DNA of 32,000 bases from Xylanibacter ruminicola 23 (GCF_000025925.1 NC_014033.1:1680001-1712000); one strand, 5' to 3'; numbered from the stretch's first letter, positions 17,385-25,338 are shown. Notes: generated from the sequence alone by a model not told the origin. Numbers and translations: made by a program.

Positions 17385-18298
17385 TAAGGAAACTATTTTT
17401 CGAATTAATGCAGGTTTCTGTGGGCCAGCTGGATTGTGTAAGCAGATTTCCAGAGCCCGATGAATGGAAGAAATTGTTCGAACTTGCCAAGCGTCACACG
17501 GTTGCTGGTATCTGTTATCATGGTATCACCAAACTATTCGACTACGGTTTGGTGGCTCCTCAGGAGTTATCGCTCGACTGGATGGCTGAGGCAGAGGATA
17601 TCAAAGAACAGAATCGCGGCAGGAGTCGCAGACTAGTTACACTACAAGACGAGCTACACTCGCACCATCTACGTTCATCGGTGGTTACGGGACCAGGCTT
17701 GGTTCGTTTCTACGACCGTGAGCTACAACCACTTCGCTATACCAAGGGGGTTGATCTCTATGTATTCGGCTATAAGAATCAGGTTGACCTGAACCAATGG
17801 GCCGACATCAATGTACGTATTCATACCGAACTGCACGCAGGCAAATCATCTCAACGTAACACCCGACTTGAAAAATGGATGTTGCAGAACAACGACCTGA
17901 TGTTTCGCAAAGCAGGCGAACTGACTGTGCCCTCGCATGCCATGACAATTGTTCTTCAGATTGTTCATCTATATAACTTTTTTTTAGAGAAGCGTTTACA
18001 GATGCGCAACCTCATGGACCTGTTCTATGTACTCCGTTTTGGTGATGGTAGCGGTAAACTGTTCCAATTCTCGCAGACTACGATTGATGGCGAGATCAAA
18101 GAATTAGGATTGACTCGTTTTTCACAAGGAACTATGTGGTTGATGAAAGAGATATTTAATCTTGACACTAATCACATGCCTGTTGAGCCACTAGAGGAAG
18201 AAGGTCAGTATATCCTGAGCGAAATGATGGGCGATGGTTTCACCTTCCATAACTGGTGGCACAAACTCTGGTACTATACCTGTCAAAACCTGACTTAG
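17381..18298 (+). CDS. uncharacterised nucleotidyltransferase-fold protein (NTP_transf_5-like)
   Basis: The N-terminus W..LFELAKRHTVAGICYHG and overall size and pattern resemble the uncharacterised nucleotidyltransferase family seen next to Bacteroidales glycan loci. The ATG overlaps the permease stop (ATGA). Confidence 0.45.
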   Translation: MIRKLFFELMQVSVGQLDCVSRFPEPDEWKKLFELAKRHTVAGICYHGITKLFDYGLVAPQELSLDWMAEAEDIKEQNRGRSRRLVTLQDELHSHHLRSSVVTGPGLVRFYDRELQPLRYTKGVDLYVFGYKNQVDLNQWADINVRIHTELHAGKSSQRNTRLEKWMLQNNDLMFRKAGELTVPSHAMTIVLQIVHLYNFFLEKRLQMRNLMDLFYVLRFGDGSGKLFQFSQTTIDGEIKELGLTRFSQGTMWLMKEIFNLDTNHMPVEPLEEEGQYILSEMMGDGFTFHNWWHKLWYYTCQNLT

Positions 18299-19308
18299 GC
18301 CGTCTTGTCGTACTTTACGCCAAACAAATAATGCCCCAAGAAAGGACTCAGGCGAATAGTATAGCTGGCAATCAAGGTTAGCGCCAGAACAATCAGTGAT
18401 ACAGCAAGTATCACCCAAAACTCAACAAAACGACTATCAAAAGCGGCCAATTTCGGCGAATAAACCATCAGGAATCGTGGCAAGAAGAAGAAATGCAACA
18501 GATAGATATCCAATGTTCGCTTTCCCACGTATTGCAAAGGCTGTGAGATATGCCAACGTTTAAGCCATGAGGCAGAAAGTCGGAAGAACGTAAAAACCAT
18601 AACCATACCTGTAATGCCCCCGACATAAAACCTGAACATCTCGAACATCAGATTGTCATGATGCGAGGTGGAAGCTATCATTGCAAAAACCGCAGTGATT
18701 AATACGATTACAACAGGTTTATCCGTCCATCGAATAAAAGTATCGAAATATCGTCTGATACAGGTACCTAAATAAAAGAATAAGAAAAGACGCCATGTGG
18801 TTACACTCAGGAAACCAAAGAAATCAATCAACCACAATTGATAGCCATCGGCTGTAGAACGAAGACTATCGTAATATCGGGCATATAAGAATGTTCCAAT
18901 AGTTAACGCCACCGCCATCAACGGTGTCCACTTCCTGCTGATACGTATCATCAGCATATAAAGAATAAAATACTCAAAAAGTGCAAAGGTAAACCAATAA
19001 CCACCTTTAAGTGCCCCCAACTGATGAAAGAACTCTGGTGGTGGTGCCAAAAGTAGCAGGAAAATAAAGGTGGGTAGTAACTGTACCATCGCTTTATGTT
19101 TTGCAACCTCTTTAAACGGACGCTGAGCTACCGACTCGAACAACCATCCGCTAATCATAAAAAAACATGGCAAACGAAAGAGAATAAACACCGCATTATA
19201 GCCCATTCTCGAATCACCCAAACAGAAATGGCACACATGCGCAAACACTACGAGAATCATCGTAAATCCTCGCATCACATCAATGTATTCAATTCGTTGT
19301 TTTGCCAT
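18295..19308 (-). CDS. acyltransferase family 3 membrane protein (O-acyltransferase)
   Basis: MAKQRIEYIDVMRGFTMILVVFAHV N-terminus, about 10 TM helices. ATG 19308 is chosen because a -7 box lies at 19317-19324. The ORF-track start 19455 lies inside the neighbouring gene. Confidence 0.8.
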   Translation of the reverse strand: MAKQRIEYIDVMRGFTMILVVFAHVCHFCLGDSRMGYNAVFILFRLPCFFMISGWLFESVAQRPFKEVAKHKAMVQLLPTFIFLLLLAPPPEFFHQLGALKGGYWFTFALFEYFILYMLMIRISRKWTPLMAVALTIGTFLYARYYDSLRSTADGYQLWLIDFFGFLSVTTWRLFLFFYLGTCIRRYFDTFIRWTDKPVVIVLITAVFAMIASTSHHDNLMFEMFRFYVGGITGMVMVFTFFRLSASWLKRWHISQPLQYVGKRTLDIYLLHFFFLPRFLMVYSPKLAAFDSRFVEFWVILAVSLIVLALTLIASYTIRLSPFLGHYLFGVKYDKTA

Positions 19309-19316
19309 ATCTTGTG

Positions 19317-19324
19317 CAAAATTA
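19317..19324 (-). promoter_or_regulatory. -7 box TAATTTTG for the minus-strand acyltransferase
   Basis: Minus strand TAATTTTG, 8 nt before ATG 19308. Confidence 0.4.
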
Positions 19325-19357
19325 CTAAAAAGAATCCACAATATGGATATTTTTTCG

Positions 19358-19365
19358 TAATTTTG
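19358..19365 (+). promoter_or_regulatory. -7 box TAATTTTG for the plus-strand acyltransferase
   Basis: TAATTTTG ends 4 nt before ATG 19370. Confidence 0.4.
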
Positions 19366-19369
19366 CAAC

Positions 19370-20338
19370 ATGAACCGAATTAATTGGATAGATTGGGCAA
19401 AAGCATTCTGCATGACGGTAGTGGTATTCTGCCACCTACCCCAGCAAGAAGACACTTTTTATCTGCAGTTTTTAGCCTCAGTCATCCTCTCAACGTTCTT
19501 CTTCGTATCAGGCTATCTGAAGAAGAGGGGCCTAACAGTCAAAGAGTCTTCCAAGAAATACGGCTATGCACTCTTGATTCCTTATATTATATATAATGTA
19601 ATATATTACCCCTATTGGTTCGTCAAATTCTACATAGAGCATGGCGGCATAACCTGGGGGGATGCTGTAAAACCCATTATCGGCACGCTATTGGGACAAC
19701 TAAACAGTAGTTTTTCCTGTGAGCTCAATGGTGTTACCTGGTTTCTTATTGCCTTATTCATCATGCATATCCTAACAGATGTGCTCAATAAGAGCAAACA
19801 TGGCAAAACCATCATGCTGATACTTTCCATCATCACCATGATTCTCTATGGTACCAACAAGTACTATCACTATGCCCCATACATTACCTATCACGGATTG
19901 ATACGTTGCCTCTGCTTCTTCTTTATGGGCAACCTCTTCCAACAGAAAGGTTGGCTCCAAACACATAATATACGAAAAGATATAGTCATCGGCACCACTG
20001 CCCTATTATTCAGCCTCATCTTATTCTATTGGCATATCCACGAAGACAGATTCATTCTCCACATTATACTATATTATGTGGTAAACTTCATATCTATGTA
20101 TGCTTTCATATACCTATCAAAGTCGCTCAACAACATCAAAAGCAGACTGATAACACTGATTTCCATTGGCACCATGCTTATCTTTGGCCTCCACCGAATA
20201 ATGATTGGCATCATCGATTTCGGGATAGAGACTTTTCTCCATCGTCCAAACATCATTTACAATTGGTACGAATGCCTTATCATAGCATTCGTGATAGAAA
20301 TCGTGCTATTGCCCATCATCATCTACAGGAGTAAATGA
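19370..20338 (+). CDS. acyltransferase family 3 membrane protein (O-acyltransferase)
   Basis: MNRINWIDWAKAFCMTVVVFCH N-terminus, polytopic, 322 aa. Confidence 0.8.
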   Translation: MNRINWIDWAKAFCMTVVVFCHLPQQEDTFYLQFLASVILSTFFFVSGYLKKRGLTVKESSKKYGYALLIPYIIYNVIYYPYWFVKFYIEHGGITWGDAVKPIIGTLLGQLNSSFSCELNGVTWFLIALFIMHILTDVLNKSKHGKTIMLILSIITMILYGTNKYYHYAPYITYHGLIRCLCFFFMGNLFQQKGWLQTHNIRKDIVIGTTALLFSLILFYWHIHEDRFILHIILYYVVNFISMYAFIYLSKSLNNIKSRLITLISIGTMLIFGLHRIMIGIIDFGIETFLHRPNIIYNWYECLIIAFVIEIVLLPIIIYRSK

Positions 20339-20339
20339 C

Positions 20340-21434
20340 CTATTCTTTTCGGCAAAGGCTCTCAAAAAGCTCCTTCCATTTCGGCATAATAACATCTGCC
20401 CGATAGCGTTGTGACGATTTGATGGCTTCCTGTCCCATTCGTACACGAAGTTCCTTATCCTTAATCAATTGACAAACCCGATCAGCAAACGCCTGAACAT
20501 CACGATTCTTGATTAAAAAGCCATCCACCCCATCCGTAATAATATCAGCCGGTCCATAAGGGCAATCGAAAGAAACAACAGGTAGTCCGCAACTCATTGC
20601 TTCAGAAAGCACTAAGCCAAATGGTTCGAAAGACGAAGTTAATAATAATATGGAACTATTACGATACTTCTCCATAATATCAGCAACAGGCTTAAAAACG
20701 CGAACACCAGGGGCATGAAGTTCTCCATCTGTATAGACATCAAGAGTCCAATCTTGATGTCTCGAAAAAACTAATGACCAGATTTTTAATAAGCTTTTAA
20801 AATCCTTTTGTTTAGTAAACCTGCCAACAAAAATAATTCTTTTCTCAACACATTCACTATAGTTATATGACTCATTTACATGTACGACATTGGGTATCAC
20901 GAATACATTTTTATTATACAATTGCCAATCTTTTGCATCTCCCGCTGTCAGTGCAACTACAGCATCAGCCTTTTGGACTTGAAGCTTGTAATCCATGATA
21001 TGAAGTCTTCTAAGCAAGCCACACTTTTCATAATAATCAGCCTTGCATAGTGTATGAGATTCTACTATCAAAGGAATTCTTCCCCTAACCTCATTCAACA
21101 CTCCAACAAAATCCAACTTAGCACAAACAATAATATCACCATTAATCTGAAGCAATGTCTTCTGGATTTTATCTTTCAGTTGGACGAATAATCGCCTATG
21201 TACAAGGTAGCGTTTAATTCCACTATACTCATACTGTTTATGTAACATAACACCCACATCTATATGATTAATCCTAGGATTCAATGAAAATGGGATTGTA
21301 TGCTCTCCATGAAAAACTGTCATAAGAATGACATCATAACCATAGCATTTTGACAGATAGTTCATCTTATCTGCCAGAACTCTCTCCAGTCCCCCCCATA
21401 CCGCAAAGGCATCCGTTACATAAATTAGTCTCAT
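20340..21434 (-). CDS. glycosyltransferase family 4 (GT-B)
   Basis: MRLIYVT..WGGLERV N-terminus and C-terminal E..G(L)V..EAM..G.PVV.. motif (SSFEPFGLVLSEAMSCGLPVVSFDCPYGP). Confidence 0.85.
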   Translation of the reverse strand: MRLIYVTDAFAVWGGLERVLADKMNYLSKCYGYDVILMTVFHGEHTIPFSLNPRINHIDVGVMLHKQYEYSGIKRYLVHRRLFVQLKDKIQKTLLQINGDIIVCAKLDFVGVLNEVRGRIPLIVESHTLCKADYYEKCGLLRRLHIMDYKLQVQKADAVVALTAGDAKDWQLYNKNVFVIPNVVHVNESYNYSECVEKRIIFVGRFTKQKDFKSLLKIWSLVFSRHQDWTLDVYTDGELHAPGVRVFKPVADIMEKYRNSSILLLTSSFEPFGLVLSEAMSCGLPVVSFDCPYGPADIITDGVDGFLIKNRDVQAFADRVCQLIKDKELRVRMGQEAIKSSQRYRADVIMPKWKELFESLCRKE

Positions 21435-22282
21435 CCCCTTTTTACCAAATTATCGTCACTATCCTCATAATGGTCTTTTTTATAGAAAATACGAGACAAG
21501 CCTTTTCCCTGGACCTTGACATGCTCAACAAAACTCTGCCACAAAGATTGGGAGCCAAGAGTTCCATACCCTGTAACAGGGCGAGCTTTACGATTATAAA
21601 GGAAAGCAATCTTACCAAATGGTTTTAAAGACAAAGCCAAGGAACCATCTTCGCCACGACGAATATCTGTACGAATCGTAACTTGACGGGCATAATCGGC
21701 ATTAAATGCGAATACCATTCCACGAACACAAAGTTCTGGACGCTTGAAATGTTGAACGAACAAGAACATATCGCGAATCATTTCAAAAAAGAACAAACCA
21801 AATCGAGAATGGTTTTCATCAGGGTAGAAACTCCAAAAGGCACTGATGCAAGACACATTTGGTTTCAATAGTTCTTTCATCATCAAATCCACATAATTCT
21901 TAGGATAGATAGTATCGGCATCAATACAAAAATAAAACTTCCCTCGAGCATGATCTAAACCACATTTTCTCGCATAACCAGGACTCTGTCTCATTTCATT
22001 ATAGTATTGGACTCCGAGCGATTTATATATATCCTCGGTCTTATCAGCTGAATTATTATTCACTCCAATGATTTCTACTGGATATGACAGTTGCATATCA
22101 GCTAAAGACCAAAGGCAAGATGTTAACCTACATTCTTCATTATATGCTATCACCACAATGCTAATCAAAGGATTATCACTTTGTATATCTGACAATCGAA
22201 AACGGATGTCTTCAACTACTACTTGAGGAATCTCACATAATTTTTTCCCGTAAATTGCCATGTATTTATCGTACCAAGCCAT
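21431..22282 (-). CDS. glycosyltransferase family 2
   Basis: ISIVVIAYNEE...GVNNNSADKT...CIDADTIYP (DxD). The stop overlaps the downstream GT4 ATG as ATGA. Confidence 0.8.
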   Translation of the reverse strand: MAWYDKYMAIYGKKLCEIPQVVVEDIRFRLSDIQSDNPLISIVVIAYNEECRLTSCLWSLADMQLSYPVEIIGVNNNSADKTEDIYKSLGVQYYNEMRQSPGYARKCGLDHARGKFYFCIDADTIYPKNYVDLMMKELLKPNVSCISAFWSFYPDENHSRFGLFFFEMIRDMFLFVQHFKRPELCVRGMVFAFNADYARQVTIRTDIRRGEDGSLALSLKPFGKIAFLYNRKARPVTGYGTLGSQSLWQSFVEHVKVQGKGLSRIFYKKDHYEDSDDNLVKRG

Positions 22283-22336
22283 ACCACAATTAAAATAGTT
22301 ACTACTGTCTTGTCTTTATATTACCATTTTATAGTG

Positions 22337-22366
22337 CAAAAATATAAAAAAAAAAACATATTCAAA
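22337..22366 (-). promoter_or_regulatory. promoter of the GT2-GT4 operon with a T11 run in the spacer
   Basis: Minus strand: TTTG (22366-22363), 18-nt spacer containing T11 (22356-22346), TATTTTTG (22344-22337). 54-nt leader to ATG 22282. Confidence 0.45.
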
Positions 22367-22555
22367 GAATTCCTTTAAAAAAAACACATTTTTTCATATT
22401 TATCATTCATTTTTGTTAATAACAGAAAATGACACAAGTATTTCTATGATGATATTCATAGGAGGTAGGATATACTGAATATCGCCCTATTCCACCCCTT
22501 CATCCTCAGGTCCCAACACCATATCACCATCTTAATCTGCAAAAAAACCTTAAAA

Positions 22556-22587
22556 TTTGGAGGTTTCACAGAAATATACTATATTTG
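22556..22587 (+). promoter_or_regulatory. promoter (-33 TTTG, 20-nt spacer, -7 TATATTTG) of the plus-strand glycan genes
   Basis: AAAATTTGGA at 22552-22561 and TATATTTG at 22580-22587, 18 nt upstream of ATG 22606. Confidence 0.5.
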
Positions 22588-22605
22588 CAGAAAAAATAGG
22601 AAAGA

Positions 22606-22734
22606 ATGAAGAAGAACCGGATAATACGAATAAATAGCAATGTACCCGTTTATAACGTGGAGGATAACATCCATCCATGTATTGAGAGTATTTTACGAAG
22701 TATTCTTCGATTTTCCACAAAAAAAATATATTAA
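22606..22734 (+). pseudogene. GT2 glycosyltransferase 5' stub (42 codons)
   Basis: MKKNRIIRINSNVPVYNVEDNIHPCIESILRSILRFSTKKIY*. This carries the GT2 N-terminal (I)PVYN(V)E..(L)..CI.SIL signature and then stops. Confidence 0.6.
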
Positions 22735-22761
22735 GGAACAATCTATGCAACAAATTTGACA

Positions 22762-23853
22762 ATGAAAAAAACAAGAGAATTAACATCAGCATTATCATCC
22801 CTGTATATAAGGTTGAAGCCTATATTGAACGATGCATAAAATCTGTGGCCACCCAGGAAGGCATCGGATCTGCATACAATTTGGAATGCATTCTGGTAGA
22901 TGACTGTACCCCCGACAAAAGTATGGAAATTGCGAAGGGAGCCATTAAGCCATACGAGAGCATCCATTTTATCTGTCTTAGAAATGAGATGAACAAGGGA
23001 CGTTCAGTAGCCTGTAATATTGGCTTAGAATACGCCACTGGCGAATATATCATGTTTATAGACAGTGATGATTATATACTCCCCAATTGTCTCAAAACAT
23101 TTGCAGATGAAATTATTATAAACCCGGCAATTGACATGGTGGTTGGAAGCACAATCATCAAAAACAAAACCGATATCAAAAAAAAGAGAATTATTGGAAG
23201 GTAAAGAGTCTATCATTCATGGATTCCTTACAATGAAATATCTCATCACATCATGGAACAAACTTGTAAGAAAAGAATGCATAACCGATAATAAACTATT
23301 ATTCATCGAAAACATCTACCTTCAAGATCAGCCATGGCTTTATTACCTCGTATCCCATATAAACTCCATGCTATTACTTCCCCATACCACATTTTTTTAT
23401 GAAGAAGCGCCAGAAAGTACAAACCACGGAGCGTTAAATCCTGAAAGGGCACAAAGATACGTGAACAGTTGGAAAACCGTTTTTGAGTATTATCTATCAC
23501 GTAGACCTAATAGCAAAGATTTTAAGCACAACCTAGAGGTTGATTACTTGCTTTATCTACAACGTACACATCTGCGCGCAATATTTTTGTTTCCATATGA
23601 AAAGAAAGACTACAACCAAATTTTAGTTTTTAGAAACAAGATAATGTCTCTTGCATTAAAAGACGGAAGGTTTCTCATTGCCTGCTTCCTTTTGCTTGAA
23701 TATAGACCCTTCATATATTTATTTAGATTTAGATTTATTCGTTCTCATTATTACTATATGATAAAAATAGTAGGACACATAGCTCATCTGTTTGATTTTT
23801 TCCACAGAAAAAAAACTAATTTGCATCAATTAATTAACTCAATAATTCAAAAT
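22762..23853 (+). pseudogene. GT2 glycosyltransferase interrupted by two poly-A frameshifts
   Basis: ATG 22762 plus A7 gives a 25-codon dead end. The -1 frame reads NISIIIPVYKVEAYIERCIKSV...LVDDCTPD...IDSDDY (GT2 core) up to the stop at 23202-23204. The +1 frame then continues RELLEGKESIIHGF..WNKLVRKECI (GT2 C-terminal half). Confidence 0.75.
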
Positions 23854-24414
23854 ATGATACCCAAAATTATTCATTACTGCTGGTTAAGTGGAGACGAATT
23901 TCCTACATTGTTTAAGAAATGTATTAACTCTTGGAAAAAACAACTTCCTGGATGGGAGTTTCGTCTTTGGGATAAAACATGCCTTGAGGAGATCAATGAG
24001 CCTTGGGTTTATGAAGCATATGAAGCTAAGGTATATTCTCATGCCTCTGACTATATCCGTCTGTATGCCGTATATAAATATGGTGGTTTTTACCTTGACT
24101 GCGACGTTGAAGTATTGAAAGATTTATCCCCCTTTATAGAACTCGACTATGTTTTATCCAAGGAGAATTCCGACTCGGGATATATTGAGGCCGCAATATT
24201 CGGCGCTCATGCAGGAAATCCCTATTTAAGAAAATGCATGGAGAAATATCATGACCGGCATTTCATATTGGAAGATGGTTCATATGACTATAAATTTATA
24301 ATTCCCGATATAATGATGCAGTGCATCTGTGAATATACTGTATTAGAAAATATAGCAGATTTCAAGCTTAGTCAATCAACCATGCAGATATATCATTATC
24401 TTTGCATTGGGTAA
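23854..24414 (+). CDS. GT32-like glycosyltransferase (DXD sugar-binding region), probably 3'-truncated
   Basis: MIPKIIHYCWLSG..W..LPGWEFRLWD..SDYIRLYAVYKYGGFYLDCDVEV. There is no stop between it and the upstream GT2 frame. It ends 47 nt inside the convergent SDR reading frame. Confidence 0.6.
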   Translation: MIPKIIHYCWLSGDEFPTLFKKCINSWKKQLPGWEFRLWDKTCLEEINEPWVYEAYEAKVYSHASDYIRLYAVYKYGGFYLDCDVEVLKDLSPFIELDYVLSKENSDSGYIEAAIFGAHAGNPYLRKCMEKYHDRHFILEDGSYDYKFIIPDIMMQCICEYTVLENIADFKLSQSTMQIYHYLCIG

Positions 24415-25258
24415 GAAGTTTTTTATAAAGATCAGCCAGGACAACAAGCGTACGACAGATGGCTTCACCAAAGGGAAAGAGAAGTTGACAGCCAATGGAC
24501 TGAAGAAGAGCATTATCAAGACTTACTTGCCCAACGGGCACAGGCTCCCGCAAAATCCCTCAACATCACATTGTTGTCCTGACTAGAAACATTATAGGCC
24601 TTACCATATTCTCCATGTAGTAAGATGAAAAGCATCGCCCTCGCCACATCAGCAACATAAGTATAAGAAAAGAACTGTTCATACTTGATCTTGAGAATAA
24701 TGTCCTCGCCTGCCCAAGCCTTTAAAATGAGCTGGGAAGAGGCATTGGCGTCAGATGCAAGCATGGTTGGACTAAATACGCGACTCAAACGAGCAATCTT
24801 CACTTTAGCACTACGCTCTGCCATATAAGAATAACACAAAGCCTCACTTAATCGTTTAGATTCCGGATAACATGAATGCGCATTAGCAAGATTTAACTTA
24901 CCCGTATAATCCTCCATGAAGATATCGCTCCCCCTTACATTGCCATAAACCTCCACAGAAGAGGGATAAAGCACCGTCGCATCACATTCTAAAGCCTTAG
25001 CCAAAGGATGAGTATTATAAGCCAAAGGTATTATAACATCCACTTTTATATCTTGGGGGGGAATGGGTGACGAACATCCTGTTCAATAAAAAAAAAATGT
25101 GAATCTTCCTCATATTCTCCCAAACGATATTTCGCCTTCTCCCAATTTCTTCCTACAGCATGTATATGAATATCAGCCCCATGATAATTATAACACATTA
25201 AAGCATCAATAAGACATGTACCTATCATACCTGTTGCACCAGTTATCAGAAAAGACAT
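24368..25258 (-). pseudogene. NAD-dependent SDR (epimerase/dehydratase/reductase family), multiply disrupted
   Basis: Three successive frames: 25258-25046 (ITGATGMIG Rossmann motif, stop after a C7 run), 25043-24516 (SSVEVYG, YPESK active site), and 24553-24368 (LDNALLQSIGCQLLFPFGEAICRT C-terminal motif). Confidence 0.75.
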
Positions 25259-25338
25259 TTTCTATATCTTCTCCAACTCAGGAATCTCCAATATACTAGT
25301 TAGGTCCTCCTGATACAGAGGATGTCATTTGTTAAGTT

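Noticed and set aside
18295-18298. Convergent genes with overlapping or abutting stop codons and no terminator (18295-18298, 20338-20340, 1362-1372).
   Set aside because: The observation is real, but this is common in compact bacterial genomes. By itself it is not evidence of anything unusual.
22536-22591. 8-bp inverted repeat TCTGCAAA / TTTGCAGA flanking the plus-strand promoter, and 8-bp inverted repeat GATATTCA / TGAATATC at 22451-22483. Considered as an invertible (shufflon-type) promoter as in Bacteroides capsule loci.
   Set aside because: The repeats are only 8 bp. The enclosed segments are about 40 and 17 bp, far shorter than known invertible promoters. No recombinase is nearby. The right arm is simply part of the -7 box.
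22845-23204. Treating the ORF-track 119-aa (GTG 22845) and 427-aa (23131) ORFs as two genuine genes.
   Set aside because: The GTG start would delete the first beta-strand (IIIPVYK) of the GT2 fold. The 427-aa ORF starts in the middle of a GT2 domain. Both are fragments of one frameshifted gene plus the downstream GT32-like gene.
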